NCBI GenBank assembly: GCA_964435925.1
Contig: CAYTBG010000005.1
Location: forward strand, 1 to 47,117
Source: an uncultured Eubacteriales bacterium
GTDB taxonomy: Bacteria > Acidobacteriota > Aminicenantia > Aminicenantales > Aminicenantaceae
Length of the DNA: 47,117 nt
Direction: 5' to 3'
Shown here: piece by piece, positions 1 to 9,963 of the stretch
Layout: each line of letters begins with the position of its first letter
Numbering within the stretch: position 1 is the first letter of the stretch
Program-made: the position numbers and the translations under genes
Notes under the pieces: model-generated
Told to the model about the DNA's origin: nothing
The model's input: only the letters and a program-made list of their open reading frames with translations
Database searches by the model: none

Positions 1-551
1 TCCTTCATCACTCCCATCACTTTCATAGCATGCTGGTTGTCAACAGTTATGACCTTTCCGATAGGGCTCTCGTCTCCGAAGTATTTTTTTGCAGCCTGTT
101 CCGATAGAACCAGGGAATATGGGTCTTTGAGAGCGGTCTTTGGGTTCCCTTCAATCAAAGGGAATGTGAACATCTCCAGGACTTCGGGATCTGCAGGAAA
201 AACTCGTCGTTCTGAGAACGTTCTATCCTCGTAGCTGAGGATAAAAGTCCGGAGACCTGCAAGGAACCGGGCCGATTCTTCCACTTCCGGAAAAAGCTCT
301 TCCAAAAGCGGACCCACTCCGGGAACCGAGGGCACCTGCAGCTCATCCTTTTCCTTCTTGATATGGGCAGAGACGAGGTATATATTGTCTATCTTCTCAT
401 GGAATTTGTCGAAGCTCAGCTCGTCCTGGACCCAGAGAAGCAGCAAGACCACACAGGTCATACCGATGGTCAAGCCGGCGATATTGATGAAAGAGTAGGC
501 TTTGTGTCTTCTGATGTTTCTCAAAGCAATTTTTAAATAGTTTTTAAACAT
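1..551 (-). CDS. ABC transporter permease, MacB/FtsX-like (5' part only; runs off the window edge)
   Basis: Not in the ORF track. Manual translation from ATG 551 (RBS GAGGTG) gives MFKNYLKIALRNIRRHKAYSFINIAGLTIGMTC...WVQDELSFDKFHE, clearly paralogous to the two neighbouring permeases. Open to position 1. Confidence 0.93.
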   Translation of the reverse strand, partial: MFKNYLKIALRNIRRHKAYSFINIAGLTIGMTCVVLLLLWVQDELSFDKFHEKIDNIYLVSAHIKKEKDELQVPSVPGVGPLLEELFPEVEESARFLAGLRTFILSYEDRTFSERRVFPADPEVLEMFTFPLIEGNPKTALKDPYSLVLSEQAAKKYFGDESPIGKVITVDNQHAMKVMGVMK

Positions 552-593
552 TTCTACACCTCGATAAAATGCTTTCTATAAAGGAACTTTTTC

Positions 594-2951
594 CTATTCA
601 TACCTCAAGGAATCCGCGGGATTGGCAACGGCAGCCTTTATGGATTGATAACTTACAGCAACTGAAGCAATGACCAGTGCCAGTGCACCAGATAGGATAA
701 ATGACCATAAGGCGATATTTGTCGAGTAAGCATAACTTTTTAGCCACTTATACATGGCGAAATAGGCAACAGGCCAGGCGATAATGTTTGCTATAAGCAC
801 CCATTTTGTAAATTCTCTTGAAAGAAGCATAACAATATTTGACACCGAGGCCCCAAGCACCTTTCTGATACCGATTTCCTTGGTGCGCTGTTCCGCCATG
901 AAAGAAGCCAATCCGAACAGGCCGAGACAGGAAATAAATATGGCCAGGATAGAGAAATATCTTAAGATCGTCCCGATCTGCTGCTCGGACCTGTACAAAC
1001 TATCAAGAGCTTCGCCGAGAAAACGATAATTGAATGGATGGCCAGGAGCAAATTTTTTCCAGATATTTTTCATATACCCTATGGTCTTTGGAATATTTTC
1101 TGATTTGAGCCTGGCAAATAGAACCCCACACTGACCAGGGTTGTAAATGAGTATCAAAGGATCAATTTCTTGACGAAGTGATCTGAAATGATAATTTTTC
1201 ACAACACCTATGATCTTCATATTAGTATTACCGAGGGATAGTCGCTTTCCTATGGGCGATTCCATTCCCATGGCTTTGACCGCTTCCTCGTTGACCATAA
1301 TCGCTTCTGTAGCATCTGTTGAAAACTCCTTTGAATAGCTCCTGCCCTCGACGATCTCTATACCGAATGTCTTAAAATAGTCTAAATCAACAAAAACTGC
1401 CCTCATTAGGGTTTCCTCATCAGGATCTTGACCTTCCCAGCGCCACAGACTGTTAGAAAAAGTATATCCATATGTAGGTACGTTTGAGCTGGCAGTTACT
1501 CCTAGAATATTTGGGTTTTGCAGCAATTCATTTTTCACGGAATCAAACTTCGCCCGCATACCTCCCCGCATTCCCTTATAAATCATGTACTCCTTGTCAT
1601 AACCGAGCTTCATATTTCCCATATAGTTGATCTGGTTATAAATTACGATCGTGCATATGATTAAAAGAATTGTGAGGGCAAACTGGAAAACAACCAGTAT
1701 TTTTCTGAATACGGAGCCTTTCGAGCCGGATCGCAAAGATCCTTTTAATATTTTCACAGGCTGAAAGGTCGAAAGAAAAAGAGCCGGATAGCTACCCGAT
1801 ATAATCCCGGTAAGCAGCGTAATGCCCAGTAATCCCAGCAAAACCAGAGGATTTCCGGAAACATCCATTGACAATTCTTTTGCGGCCAGGTTGTTGAAAA
1901 CCGGGAGCAAGAGCCCCACGATAATCAAGGCAACGAACAGAGCGATAAACGCCAGCAAAATCGACTCACCATAAAATTGCCTGATAATGTCGGTTTTATG
2001 CGCACCAGCCACCTTTCTCATCCCGACCTCTTTGGCACGGTTTCCAGACCGGGCAGTCGCCAGGTTCATAAAATTAATGCAGGCTATGAGCAAAATAAAA
2101 AACGCGATGATAGAGAAAATGGTTACATACGTGATATCGCCATGGGCGGTATCAAACTCGTAATCTGAATAAAGGTGAACCCGCGCAAGAGGCTGAAGAT
2201 TCAGCCTGGCATCTTTTTCGATGGTAGGCTTTTCGAATAAATAACCGGATATCTTCTGGATTACTTCCTGAGCGGGGGCACCCTTTTGTAACTGTACATA
2301 GGTGCGAAATTGACTGTTACCCCATCGGTCAACAGTATAATTCAACTCCCTGCCAAATATGAAAGGGATGAGAAAATCGAACTGCAAATGGGAATTGTGA
2401 GGAACTTTTTTCAGAATACCAGTTACTTTAAAATCCCACTGATCATCCGCTTTAATGGTTTTCCCAAGGGGGTCTTCATTCCTGAAATATTTTTCAGCCA
2501 TCTCTTCTGTAATAACGATGGATTGCGGATCAGAAAGGGCAGTTGCTTGATCACCTTTGACAAGAGGGAAGGTAAACATTTCAAAGATGGAACCGTCAGC
2601 CATTCCGAGCACTTCGTCGAAGCTTTTGTCATTATATGTAAGCCGTAACCGTCGCCCCGTTATGCGTGTGGCGTTGATGATTTCAGGAAAATCTGCTTTC
2701 AGCGAAGGACCAAGCGGGCCCTGCGTGATCGTCCAGGTAGTGTCGTGGTCAGTAAATTTGATATCCTGTATAACCCGATAAATATCACCGGCATTTTCAT
2801 GGAAGCGGTCATAGCTCAGCTCGTCCTGAACCCACAACAGTATCAAGATACAGCAGGCCATTCCGATAGCCAGGCCGGCTATATTGATAAAGGAATAAGC
2901 TTTATGCCTTCCAATGTTTCTTAAAGCGATTTTTAGATAGTTTTTAAGCAT
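594..2951 (-). CDS. ABC transporter permease, duplicated MacB_PCD + FtsX domains (785 aa)
   Basis: MLKNYLKIALRN start, ACINFMNLATARS..RAKEVGMRKVAGA and RTKEIGIRKVLGAS motifs, C-terminal NPADSLRYE. RBS GGAGGAG. Confidence 0.95.
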   Translation of the reverse strand: MLKNYLKIALRNIGRHKAYSFINIAGLAIGMACCILILLWVQDELSYDRFHENAGDIYRVIQDIKFTDHDTTWTITQGPLGPSLKADFPEIINATRITGRRLRLTYNDKSFDEVLGMADGSIFEMFTFPLVKGDQATALSDPQSIVITEEMAEKYFRNEDPLGKTIKADDQWDFKVTGILKKVPHNSHLQFDFLIPFIFGRELNYTVDRWGNSQFRTYVQLQKGAPAQEVIQKISGYLFEKPTIEKDARLNLQPLARVHLYSDYEFDTAHGDITYVTIFSIIAFFILLIACINFMNLATARSGNRAKEVGMRKVAGAHKTDIIRQFYGESILLAFIALFVALIIVGLLLPVFNNLAAKELSMDVSGNPLVLLGLLGITLLTGIISGSYPALFLSTFQPVKILKGSLRSGSKGSVFRKILVVFQFALTILLIICTIVIYNQINYMGNMKLGYDKEYMIYKGMRGGMRAKFDSVKNELLQNPNILGVTASSNVPTYGYTFSNSLWRWEGQDPDEETLMRAVFVDLDYFKTFGIEIVEGRSYSKEFSTDATEAIMVNEEAVKAMGMESPIGKRLSLGNTNMKIIGVVKNYHFRSLRQEIDPLILIYNPGQCGVLFARLKSENIPKTIGYMKNIWKKFAPGHPFNYRFLGEALDSLYRSEQQIGTILRYFSILAIFISCLGLFGLASFMAEQRTKEIGIRKVLGASVSNIVMLLSREFTKWVLIANIIAWPVAYFAMYKWLKSYAYSTNIALWSFILSGALALVIASVAVSYQSIKAAVANPADSLRYE

Positions 2952-3051
2952 TGCTCCTCCAAACTTGAAGAAAAGATGAATAACGCACAGGAATCAATTA
3001 CCAAAAACTGAGAGTAAAACATAATTTAAAAGCCTCACACAGGTATGCTAA

Positions 3052-3067
3052 AGCAAAATTTATGCCA
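3052..3067 (-). promoter_or_regulatory. sigma54 -24/-12 promoter, internal, for permease 594..2951
   Basis: Minus strand TGGCAT-aaatt-TTGCT matches TGGCAC-N5-TTGC(A/T), about 100 bp upstream of the ATG. Confidence 0.8.
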
Positions 3068-3120
3068 TTATTGAATACAGAAGAGTTAAAGGGGTAGGGA
3101 AAGATATTCATGAAAAAAAA

Positions 3121-3158
3121 TGTTCGCTGGTGTTACAAACGGTGTTCAGAAGTGAACA
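3121..3158. promoter_or_regulatory. Putative enhancer-binding-protein UAS (tandem TGT-N11-ACA and TGT-N10-ACA)
   Basis: TGTTCGCTGGTGTTACA-N5-TGTTCAGAAGTGAACA, 54 bp from the sigma54 site. Same architecture as 8308-8345. Confidence 0.72.
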
Positions 3159-3187
3159 GGCACGCTTTCTGAGGTAAGCGCTTTTTT

Positions 3188-5545
3188 TTATTCATATCTC
3201 AGCGACTCCACCGGATTGGCAATAGCCGCCCTGATCGCCTGGAAACTCACAGTTATGACTGCCACAACCAATGCCGCTGCCATGGCTGCCACAAAAATAT
3301 ACAACTCCAGGCCAGTATGGTAGGCGTAATTCTGCAACCAGTTTTTCATTAAGAAATAGGCCACAGGCCAGGCGATAAGATTTGCCAGCAGTACCAGCAT
3401 AAAGAATTCCCTGCACAGAAGCAACGTGACCTGGGAAACGCTGGCACCGAGAACTTTGCGAATGCCGATCTCCTTGGTTCGCTGCTCTGCCATGAAGGAA
3501 GCCAACCCGAAAAGACCAAGACAGGCAATAAAAACAGCCAGGCCGGCAAAATATTTCAATACGGTTCCTATTTTCTCTTCAGCCCTGAACATCCTGTCAA
3601 AAGTTTCGTCCAAAAACTTGTATTCGAAAGGATAGTCGGGGATTACACTATTCCATGTATCTTCAACAAACTGCAAAGACTCGGATATGCTGCCCGGCGG
3701 AATCCGGATGATCATATAATTTATATACTCGTGAGATACAATAATGGCCAGCGGCTCGATCTTGTTCCGGATATGCTGGTAATGGAAATCTTTCATGACT
3801 CCGACAATAGAGCCTTCCACCCCTACAAAAGAGAATCGCTCTCCTACGACAGATTCTTTTTCCATTATCTTCGCCACCTCTTCATTAACTATGAATGTCT
3901 TGGAAAGATCGGAGGAAAACTCTCTGGAAAAGCTCCGCCCTTCTGCCATTTCTATCTTTAAGGTCTCTATAAAATCAAAATCAACCGCGTTATAGCCGAT
4001 CAATACACTCAGATCAGGATCTTTTCCATCCCAATCGACTCCACTAGAATTGCTTCCTAAATAAAGAGGCAGCTGCCCTGTACCTGTAACGCCCAGAACC
4101 CTGGAATCTTTGACCAATTCAGTCTTCAGGGCTTCATACGATTTCTTTATATCAGCTCTTAAATAAATATAGACAAGATGCTCCTTATCCCATCCCAGTC
4201 CTCTATTCTTCATAAAATTCAGCTGTTTGTAGACTACGATTGTTCCGATGATCAACAAAATAGAGAGTGAAAATTGAACAACAACAAGAACTTTTCTGAA
4301 CCAGGAACTACCGGCACCGGATTCGAGGCTTCCTCTTAGAACCTTTACCGGTTGAAAAGCGGATAGAAACAGGGCGGGATAACTTCCCGCAACAAGACCT
4401 GTAAAAAGCGTGACGCCCAATAACCCTATCAGAATCGATTCTATACCAGTCACGTTCCATGAGAGTTCCTTAGAGGCTAAGGTACCGAAGGCAGGCAGCA
4501 AAAGGGTGACAATAATCACCGCGAAAATCAAAGCGATTAAGGCAAAAATAACCGACTCGCCGTAGAATTGTCGGATAAGATGGCCTTTGAGGGCTCCGAC
4601 AACTTTTCTCAGGCCTACTTCTTTAGCCCGGTTGGCAGAGCGGGCTGTGGAGAGATTCATAAAATTGATACAGGCGATCAACAACACAAACAGGGCAATA
4701 ATGGAGAATATGTATACGTACTGTATGGCGCCTGGATTTTTCTCATAACCCCAATAGGAATGAAGATGAATCCGAGTGTAAGGCATCAGCACCAGGTCGG
4801 TCCTGCTCTCAGGAACACGCGTGCGGATAAAACCAAGAATCTTTTCATTAGCCTGTTCAACCGGGAGATTCTCCTGAAGCTTGACGAAAGTTTGAATGGA
4901 ATTACTGCCAAATTCTTCATTCGTTTTTCCGGTCTTTCTTAATAACTCATACGGAATTATAATGTCGAACTGCAGATAGGAATTATGAGGAACATTATTC
5001 ATGATTCCGGTAACAGTAAAATCATCCTGGTTATTGACAGAGATCACCTTTCCCAATGGATCTTCTTCACCAAAATATTTCTCAGCAATTTCTTCAGAAA
5101 GGACTAGGGAGTATGGCGAATTTAAAGCCATATTCTTATCTCCCTTTAATAAAGGAAAATTAAACACCTGGAAAAAGGACGGGTCGACTGCCCTTATGTT
5201 ATCTTCAAAAAAGACCTTATCTCCGTAGCGAAACAACAAACCGCCAGCCCAGACATACCTTGTGGCATCTATGATTTCCGGGATTTCCTCCTTGAGGGCC
5301 GGCGCTAGAGGGTAGGGAGTGACATTGACATGAAACAGCCTTCCGGAGTAATGCTGATTTTCCTCAACTCTGTAAAGACTTGCGGCATTTTCATGAAACT
5401 TATCAAAGCTCAATTCGTCCAGAACCCAGATCGTGATAAGCAGGCAGCAGGCCATACCAAGTGCAAGTCCGGTAATATTGATGAAGGAATAACCTTTATG
5501 TCTTTTTATGTTTCTCAAAACGATTTTTAAATAGTTTTTCAACAT
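3188..5545 (-). CDS. ABC transporter permease, duplicated MacB_PCD + FtsX domains (785 aa)
   Basis: Same motifs as 594..2951 (ACINFMNLSTARSANRAKEVGLRK, RTKEIGIRKVLGAS, NPVESLRYE). Confidence 0.95.
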   Translation of the reverse strand: MLKNYLKIVLRNIKRHKGYSFINITGLALGMACCLLITIWVLDELSFDKFHENAASLYRVEENQHYSGRLFHVNVTPYPLAPALKEEIPEIIDATRYVWAGGLLFRYGDKVFFEDNIRAVDPSFFQVFNFPLLKGDKNMALNSPYSLVLSEEIAEKYFGEEDPLGKVISVNNQDDFTVTGIMNNVPHNSYLQFDIIIPYELLRKTGKTNEEFGSNSIQTFVKLQENLPVEQANEKILGFIRTRVPESRTDLVLMPYTRIHLHSYWGYEKNPGAIQYVYIFSIIALFVLLIACINFMNLSTARSANRAKEVGLRKVVGALKGHLIRQFYGESVIFALIALIFAVIIVTLLLPAFGTLASKELSWNVTGIESILIGLLGVTLFTGLVAGSYPALFLSAFQPVKVLRGSLESGAGSSWFRKVLVVVQFSLSILLIIGTIVVYKQLNFMKNRGLGWDKEHLVYIYLRADIKKSYEALKTELVKDSRVLGVTGTGQLPLYLGSNSSGVDWDGKDPDLSVLIGYNAVDFDFIETLKIEMAEGRSFSREFSSDLSKTFIVNEEVAKIMEKESVVGERFSFVGVEGSIVGVMKDFHYQHIRNKIEPLAIIVSHEYINYMIIRIPPGSISESLQFVEDTWNSVIPDYPFEYKFLDETFDRMFRAEEKIGTVLKYFAGLAVFIACLGLFGLASFMAEQRTKEIGIRKVLGASVSQVTLLLCREFFMLVLLANLIAWPVAYFLMKNWLQNYAYHTGLELYIFVAAMAAALVVAVITVSFQAIRAAIANPVESLRYE

Positions 5546-5614
5546 GTGGATGAGTTTGATAATTGCTTCAGGACTTGTCGAGATTTTAAGAATTGTTGCA
5601 TATATTCTTAAGGC

Positions 5615-5833
5615 CTATGCCTTTTGCTTTACCCTATAAAGCACTTGACCTAGGTAGCCAGAATCATTGATCTCCGCAATATATAATCCTGGCTGGAGGT
5701 GTGCCCGTCTTTTTAACATCGGCTCTGATAGATTTTCCAGGAGGACGCTGGCTTCCCAATCCTTACTTCTATCACTTAACAAAATCCGAGCTCCCTCTTC
5801 TACTATCTTCTCCAAGATATCTTTCAAGCTCAT
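5615..5833 (-). CDS. Small hypothetical protein (about 72 aa)
   Basis: Fills the gap between the ATPase and the permease, with protein-like composition. The ATG at 5833 (MSLKD) has AGAGGAAG upstream; the ORF track starts at 5851. Confidence 0.6.
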   Translation of the reverse strand: MSLKDILEKIVEEGARILLSDRSKDWEASVLLENLSEPMLKRRAHLQPGLYIAEINDSGYLGQVLYRVKQKA

Positions 5834-5928
5834 GGCTTCCTCTCTTGTCATATGTATTTGGCTGTACTACCTTTTATATAATATACGTATTTTTTGGTCC
5901 TTTAGTTGCTTTTAATCGTAAAATAAAT

Positions 5929-6016
5929 TGGGGACGTTCCCCAAGGTGCCAGCCTTGTTAAATATCAGTTTTTTTAATTTTGAGATAAAAGGGTGGCACC
6001 TTGGGGAACGTCCCCA
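5929..6016. repeat. REP-doublet/MITE-like element, perfect 23-bp inverted repeat
   Basis: TGGGGACGTTCCCCAAGGTGCCA (5929-5951) and its exact reverse complement (5994-6016) flank a 42-bp AT-rich spacer. Each arm contains the mini-hairpin GGGGA-CGT-TCCCC. Confidence 0.8.
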
Positions 6017-6086
6017 TATTTCCTGATTTTGATTTTAGATTTTTCACTCTGCGCCAAATCCATAGCCCAGGTAACTCTGCCTGATT

Positions 6087-6776
6087 CTATATCTTGAATT
6101 CTTTCTGGATATTTTCGGAAACAATGTGTCCGTCAAAAAGATGGATAGTGCGGTGGCTGAATTCGGCATATGCAGGAGAATGAGTGACCATGACAATAGT
6201 AGTGCCCGCTTCATGAAGTTCTCCTACGATTCTCATCACTTCCTCGCCGTGGGCGGAATCCAGGTTTCCTGTCGGCTCATCGGCCAGTATAAGTTTCGGT
6301 CTGGCAACAATGGCTCTCGCTACTGCCACCCGCTGCTGCTGCCCTCCAGATAGTTGCTGGGGGAAGTGATTGCTCCGGGCCATGATTTCCATCTGCTCGA
6401 GAACTTCATTGACTCTTTTTTTTCGCTCTGAAGCAGAGAAACCAAGATAAAGCAGTGGAAGCTCAACATTCTCGAAGACAGTCAATTCATCGATAAGATT
6501 AAAGCTCTGGAACACAAATCCAATATTTGCTTTTCTGAGGTTTGCCCGCTGGCGTTCAGAATACTTGGATACTTCTTTTCCCAGAAAATGATATTCACCG
6601 CTCGAGGGATTATCGATCATCCCCAGAACATTGAGCAGAGTAGATTTACCACAACCAGATGGCCCCATAATGGCTACGTATTCTCCTTCTTGAACGTTCA
6701 AATTCACGTTATTTAACGCCGTTGTTTCTACATCTTCTGTAGTGTAAACTTTCTTGAGGTCCTTCGTTTTTATCAT
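6087..6776 (-). CDS. ABC transporter ATP-binding protein, MacB/LolD-like
   Basis: Walker A GPSGCGKS, signature LSGGQQQRV, Walker [13 protein letters not shown]-loop VTH. Confidence 0.97.
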   Translation of the reverse strand: MIKTKDLKKVYTTEDVETTALNNVNLNVQEGEYVAIMGPSGCGKSTLLNVLGMIDNPSSGEYHFLGKEVSKYSERQRANLRKANIGFVFQSFNLIDELTVFENVELPLLYLGFSASERKKRVNEVLEQMEIMARSNHFPQQLSGGQQQRVAVARAIVARPKLILADEPTGNLDSAHGEEVMRIVGELHEAGTTIVMVTHSPAYAEFSHRTIHLFDGHIVSENIQKEFKI

Positions 6777-6877
6777 TCTTTTCCTCCTTAATTAAGCTTT
6801 CAGCTATTAGCATTCAGCTTTCAGGTCTTTGACCTTTTATTCTCATCTTAATAATACGCAGAATCGAGATTTTTAGT

Positions 6878-8164
6878 TTACTTTAAAACCAATCTATCCA
6901 TGTCGCCGAAGCTTTCGTAGGATGAGGTAATGACCCGGTCGCCGGGTCCCAGGCCTTCGAGCACTTCAAACACCTGTGGGTTTTGCCTTCCGATTCTCAT
7001 TTTTCTTTTCGTGGCAATATTTTCAGATTCTTCTACAACATAGGCCCAGTTTCCCCCGGTAGTCTGGTAAAATCCTCCTCTTGGAAGGAGAATGGCTTCG
7101 GAAATATCACCTAATTCTAATCGGATATGGAGAGTTTGTCCCCGCGTGATTTCCTCAGGTCCCTCGCCAACAAATTCCATGTCAACTTCAAATCGCCTGT
7201 CTTTCACTTCAGGGTAAATTTTCTTGACTATAAGCCCGTATGACTTGCCGGCAAAATCAAACTCACCTGTCCTCCCTGTCTCTACACGGGCTATGTAGTG
7301 CTCGTCAATAGCAGCTCTCACTCTAAATCCCTCTAAAACATCAATCTGTCCCAAGGGCTGACCTGGTGATTTGGATTGACCGATTTCTGCATCCAGTGCA
7401 GTCAGATGACCGGAAACAGGAGCCCTTATCGTCAAGTTATCCTGTTTCTGCTTGACTATTTCGAGATTATCTTGCATCCGTTGCAGCGAGGCTTCCAAGG
7501 CGTCAATCTGGCCCTGCCTGAACTCCAAATCATTCTTCTGGCTTTCTACCGTTAATTCTTTTCTTTTGATCAGGTATTCGTGCTGATCCTTGGCCAGCTC
7601 ATACTCATGTTTGGAGATCAAATCATCTTTTACCAACTCTTTATATCGCTCATAAGTTCGTTTTTGCTGTTGGAGCAGATTTTCAATCTCAGCAAGGTCC
7701 TGGTTCAGTCTTAGTCGATACTGCTCCATGGAAAGGCGGGTATTACGCAGGTTGTTGCTTTGCTGGAATAACTCCGCTTCTCTCCACATGATGTCGAGAA
7801 GGAGGTTTGTGTTTGCTAATTTTAAGATTCCATCTCCCTCCTTAACAAAAGTTCCTGCCTCTAAATAGATCTCCTCTACTCTTCCTCCCTCCACAGCGTT
7901 TAAATAAAATGTATTTATAGGAAGAACGCTTCCCATAATAGGAATAAATTCCTGAAAAGGGCCTCTTGTGACAGTTGATATAGTTATCCTCTCCGTTTTT
8001 ACATTTAGAGTGGACTTACTCAGCCTGAAAAGGAAAACATAAAGCACAAGAATGACAAATAGCCCAACAGCTGCAAAACCTGCAATCCTTTTGGGAGGCC
8101 ACTTCTTTTTTTCAATTTTACGGTCCATCCCCATTGTGGGCTCCTTGCTTGGCGATTTATTCAT
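6878..8164 (-). CDS. Efflux periplasmic adaptor (MacA/HlyD-type membrane fusion protein)
   Basis: N-terminal TM anchor, GGRVEEIYLEAGTFVKEGD and IRAPVSG lipoyl-like halves, coiled-coil hairpin, C-terminal EVLEGLGPGDRVI. Confidence 0.93.
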   Translation of the reverse strand: MNKSPSKEPTMGMDRKIEKKKWPPKRIAGFAAVGLFVILVLYVFLFRLSKSTLNVKTERITISTVTRGPFQEFIPIMGSVLPINTFYLNAVEGGRVEEIYLEAGTFVKEGDGILKLANTNLLLDIMWREAELFQQSNNLRNTRLSMEQYRLRLNQDLAEIENLLQQQKRTYERYKELVKDDLISKHEYELAKDQHEYLIKRKELTVESQKNDLEFRQGQIDALEASLQRMQDNLEIVKQKQDNLTIRAPVSGHLTALDAEIGQSKSPGQPLGQIDVLEGFRVRAAIDEHYIARVETGRTGEFDFAGKSYGLIVKKIYPEVKDRRFEVDMEFVGEGPEEITRGQTLHIRLELGDISEAILLPRGGFYQTTGGNWAYVVEESENIATKRKMRIGRQNPQVFEVLEGLGPGDRVITSSYESFGDMDRLVLK

Positions 8165-8236
8165 GGCTCTCTCTTTCTAATGGCCTTAAAAAATCTTTAT
8201 GATCATCATGAATTTTTCCTACCGGACCATCATTTC

Positions 8237-8252
8237 TGCAATAAATGTGCCA
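8237..8252 (-). promoter_or_regulatory. sigma54 -24/-12 promoter of the MFP-ATPase-permease operon
   Basis: Minus strand TGGCAC-attta-TTGCA, a perfect consensus match. Confidence 0.88.
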
Positions 8253-8307
8253 CTATTGACATTTACGGAGTAAGCAGCAGAATGGTTAGATAAATCATTT
8301 AAAAAAG

Positions 8308-8345
8308 TGTTCGCTATTAAGACAGGGGGTGTACGATACCGAACA
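8308..8345. promoter_or_regulatory. Putative enhancer-binding-protein UAS
   Basis: TGTTCGCTATTAAGACA-N5-TGTACGATACCGAACA, 56 bp from the sigma54 site. Mirrors 3121-3158. Confidence 0.72.
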
Positions 8346-8586
8346 GTTATTGTATAATCATGTTTCATGATAAAAAAAAATCCAGACGAAAGCAAGAAAT
8401 TAAACAATAGGCATACATTTTGCAGTGGTTATCACTAGAATGTGCCGAAAGCAAAATGATTTTAGCAAATATTTTTGATACAATCGACTATGGTTAATCT
8501 GTTAGCTCATATGTCAATTGGCCAGATGTTAACTTCATATTTCGAGACTGGCTCATGGAATAACAGGCAGACGGAGAAATTACCTT

Positions 8587-9963
8587 ATGAATAAAAAGAC
8601 GGGAAAAATTCTCATCATCGATGACGATGAAGACATCCTTCAGGCAGCACGTTTACTCCTCAAACAGCATGTTGCTCAAGTCCAGACAGAAACAAAGCCC
8701 GACGTTCTTCCTTCTCTTCTTAAAAACGAAACCTACGATGTCATTTTTTTAGATATGAACTTTGCCAAAGGAGCCACCAGTGGCAAGGAGGGCTTCTACT
8801 GGCTCGATAAAATTCTTGACTTTGATCCTTCTGCAGTCATTGTGTTGATCACAGCCTTCGGAGATGTGGAAATGGCAGTTCGAGCCGTTAAAGAGGGCGC
8901 TACAAATTTCGTCCTCAAACCATGGCAGAACGAAAGACTTATAGCAACTCTTTCGACTGCCATGGATTTGAGACAATCTCGGGTAGAAGCAAAGAACCTT
9001 CGCTCCAGACAGAAACAACTGAGCGCTGACCTTGACCAGCCTTTTCATGATTTCATAGGAAGAAGCCAGGCCATGGAGTCTGTGTTTACTGCTATCCAAA
9101 AAGTCGCTAAAACCGATGCCAATATTTTAATCCTCGGAGAGAACGGCACAGGAAAGGAACTGGTCGCCCGGGAGCTCCACCGCCAATCATCCCGGACCGA
9201 TGAAGTTTTTATAAGTGTTGACATGGGAGCGCTGAGTGAGACTCTTTTTGAGAGCGAACTCTTCGGTCATGTTAAGGGAGCCTTCACAGACGCCAGGGAA
9301 GACAGGGCTGGCCGCTTCGAGGTCGCCTCAGGAGGAACACTCTTTCTCGACGAAATCTGTAATCTTCCCTTAACCCTTCAGGCAAAACTGCTGACGGTTT
9401 TGGAAAGTCGAAAGGTCATTAGGCTTGGCTCCAACAAGCCAATTGAGATCGATGTCCGTCTTATTTGCGCAACCAATATGTCCGTTCATGAAATGGTAGC
9501 CCAGAATAAGTTTCGTCAAGATCTTCTCTATCGCATTAACACCGTGGAAATCCGCCTGCCTCCGCTTCGTGAGCGGATTGAGGATATCCCTTCTCTCGTT
9601 GATCACTTTTTAAAGATTTATTGCAAAAAATATAATAAGCCGTTAAAAAAGCTGAGTTCAGCAACCCTGAAAAGGCTGGAAAAGTATCATTGGCCTGGCA
9701 ATGTCAGAGAGCTTCAGCATGCCCTTGAGCGGGCAATAATAATGAGTGAATCCCAGGTGTTACAGCCTTCAGATTTCTTCTTCCCTGCCCAGGAAACAAA
9801 AGGGGAAGGCCTGGCTTTTGAAGATTATAATCTAGAAGATATTGAAAAATTAGCCATTCACAAAGCTATAAGCAAACATGGAGGCAATATAACTCGCGCT
9901 GCAAAAGAGCTGGGGCTATCAAGAGCTTCTTTATACAGAAGAATGGATAAATATGGTTTATAA
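8587..9963 (+). CDS. sigma54-dependent response regulator (NtrC family: REC-AAA+-Fis HTH)
   Basis: REC domain (IIDDD, FLDMN), GENGTGKE, ESELFGHVKGAFTDA, FLDEI, WPGNVREL, C-terminal GGNITRAAKELGLSRASLYRR. Confidence 0.97.
   Translation: MNKKTGKILIIDDDEDILQAARLLLKQHVAQVQTETKPDVLPSLLKNETYDVIFLDMNFAKGATSGKEGFYWLDKILDFDPSAVIVLITAFGDVEMAVRAVKEGATNFVLKPWQNERLIATLSTAMDLRQSRVEAKNLRSRQKQLSADLDQPFHDFIGRSQAMESVFTAIQKVAKTDANILILGENGTGKELVARELHRQSSRTDEVFISVDMGALSETLFESELFGHVKGAFTDAREDRAGRFEVASGGTLFLDEICNLPLTLQAKLLTVLESRKVIRLGSNKPIEIDVRLICATNMSVHEMVAQNKFRQDLLYRINTVEIRLPPLRERIEDIPSLVDHFLKIYCKKYNKPLKKLSSATLKRLEKYHWPGNVRELQHALERAIIMSESQVLQPSDFFFPAQETKGEGLAFEDYNLEDIEKLAIHKAISKHGGNITRAAKELGLSRASLYRRMDKYGL

Noticed and set aside
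37-346. Short ORFs 37..234(+) and 155..346(-), and the many 60-160-aa ORFs inside long genes across the window
   Set aside because: These are antisense or out-of-frame shadows of well-supported CDSs. The recurring antisense ORFs simply mirror the paralogous coding sequence.
5546-5620. sigma54 promoter for permease 3188..5545
   Set aside because: The GG and GC dinucleotides are not at the required 10-nt spacing and no UAS is present.
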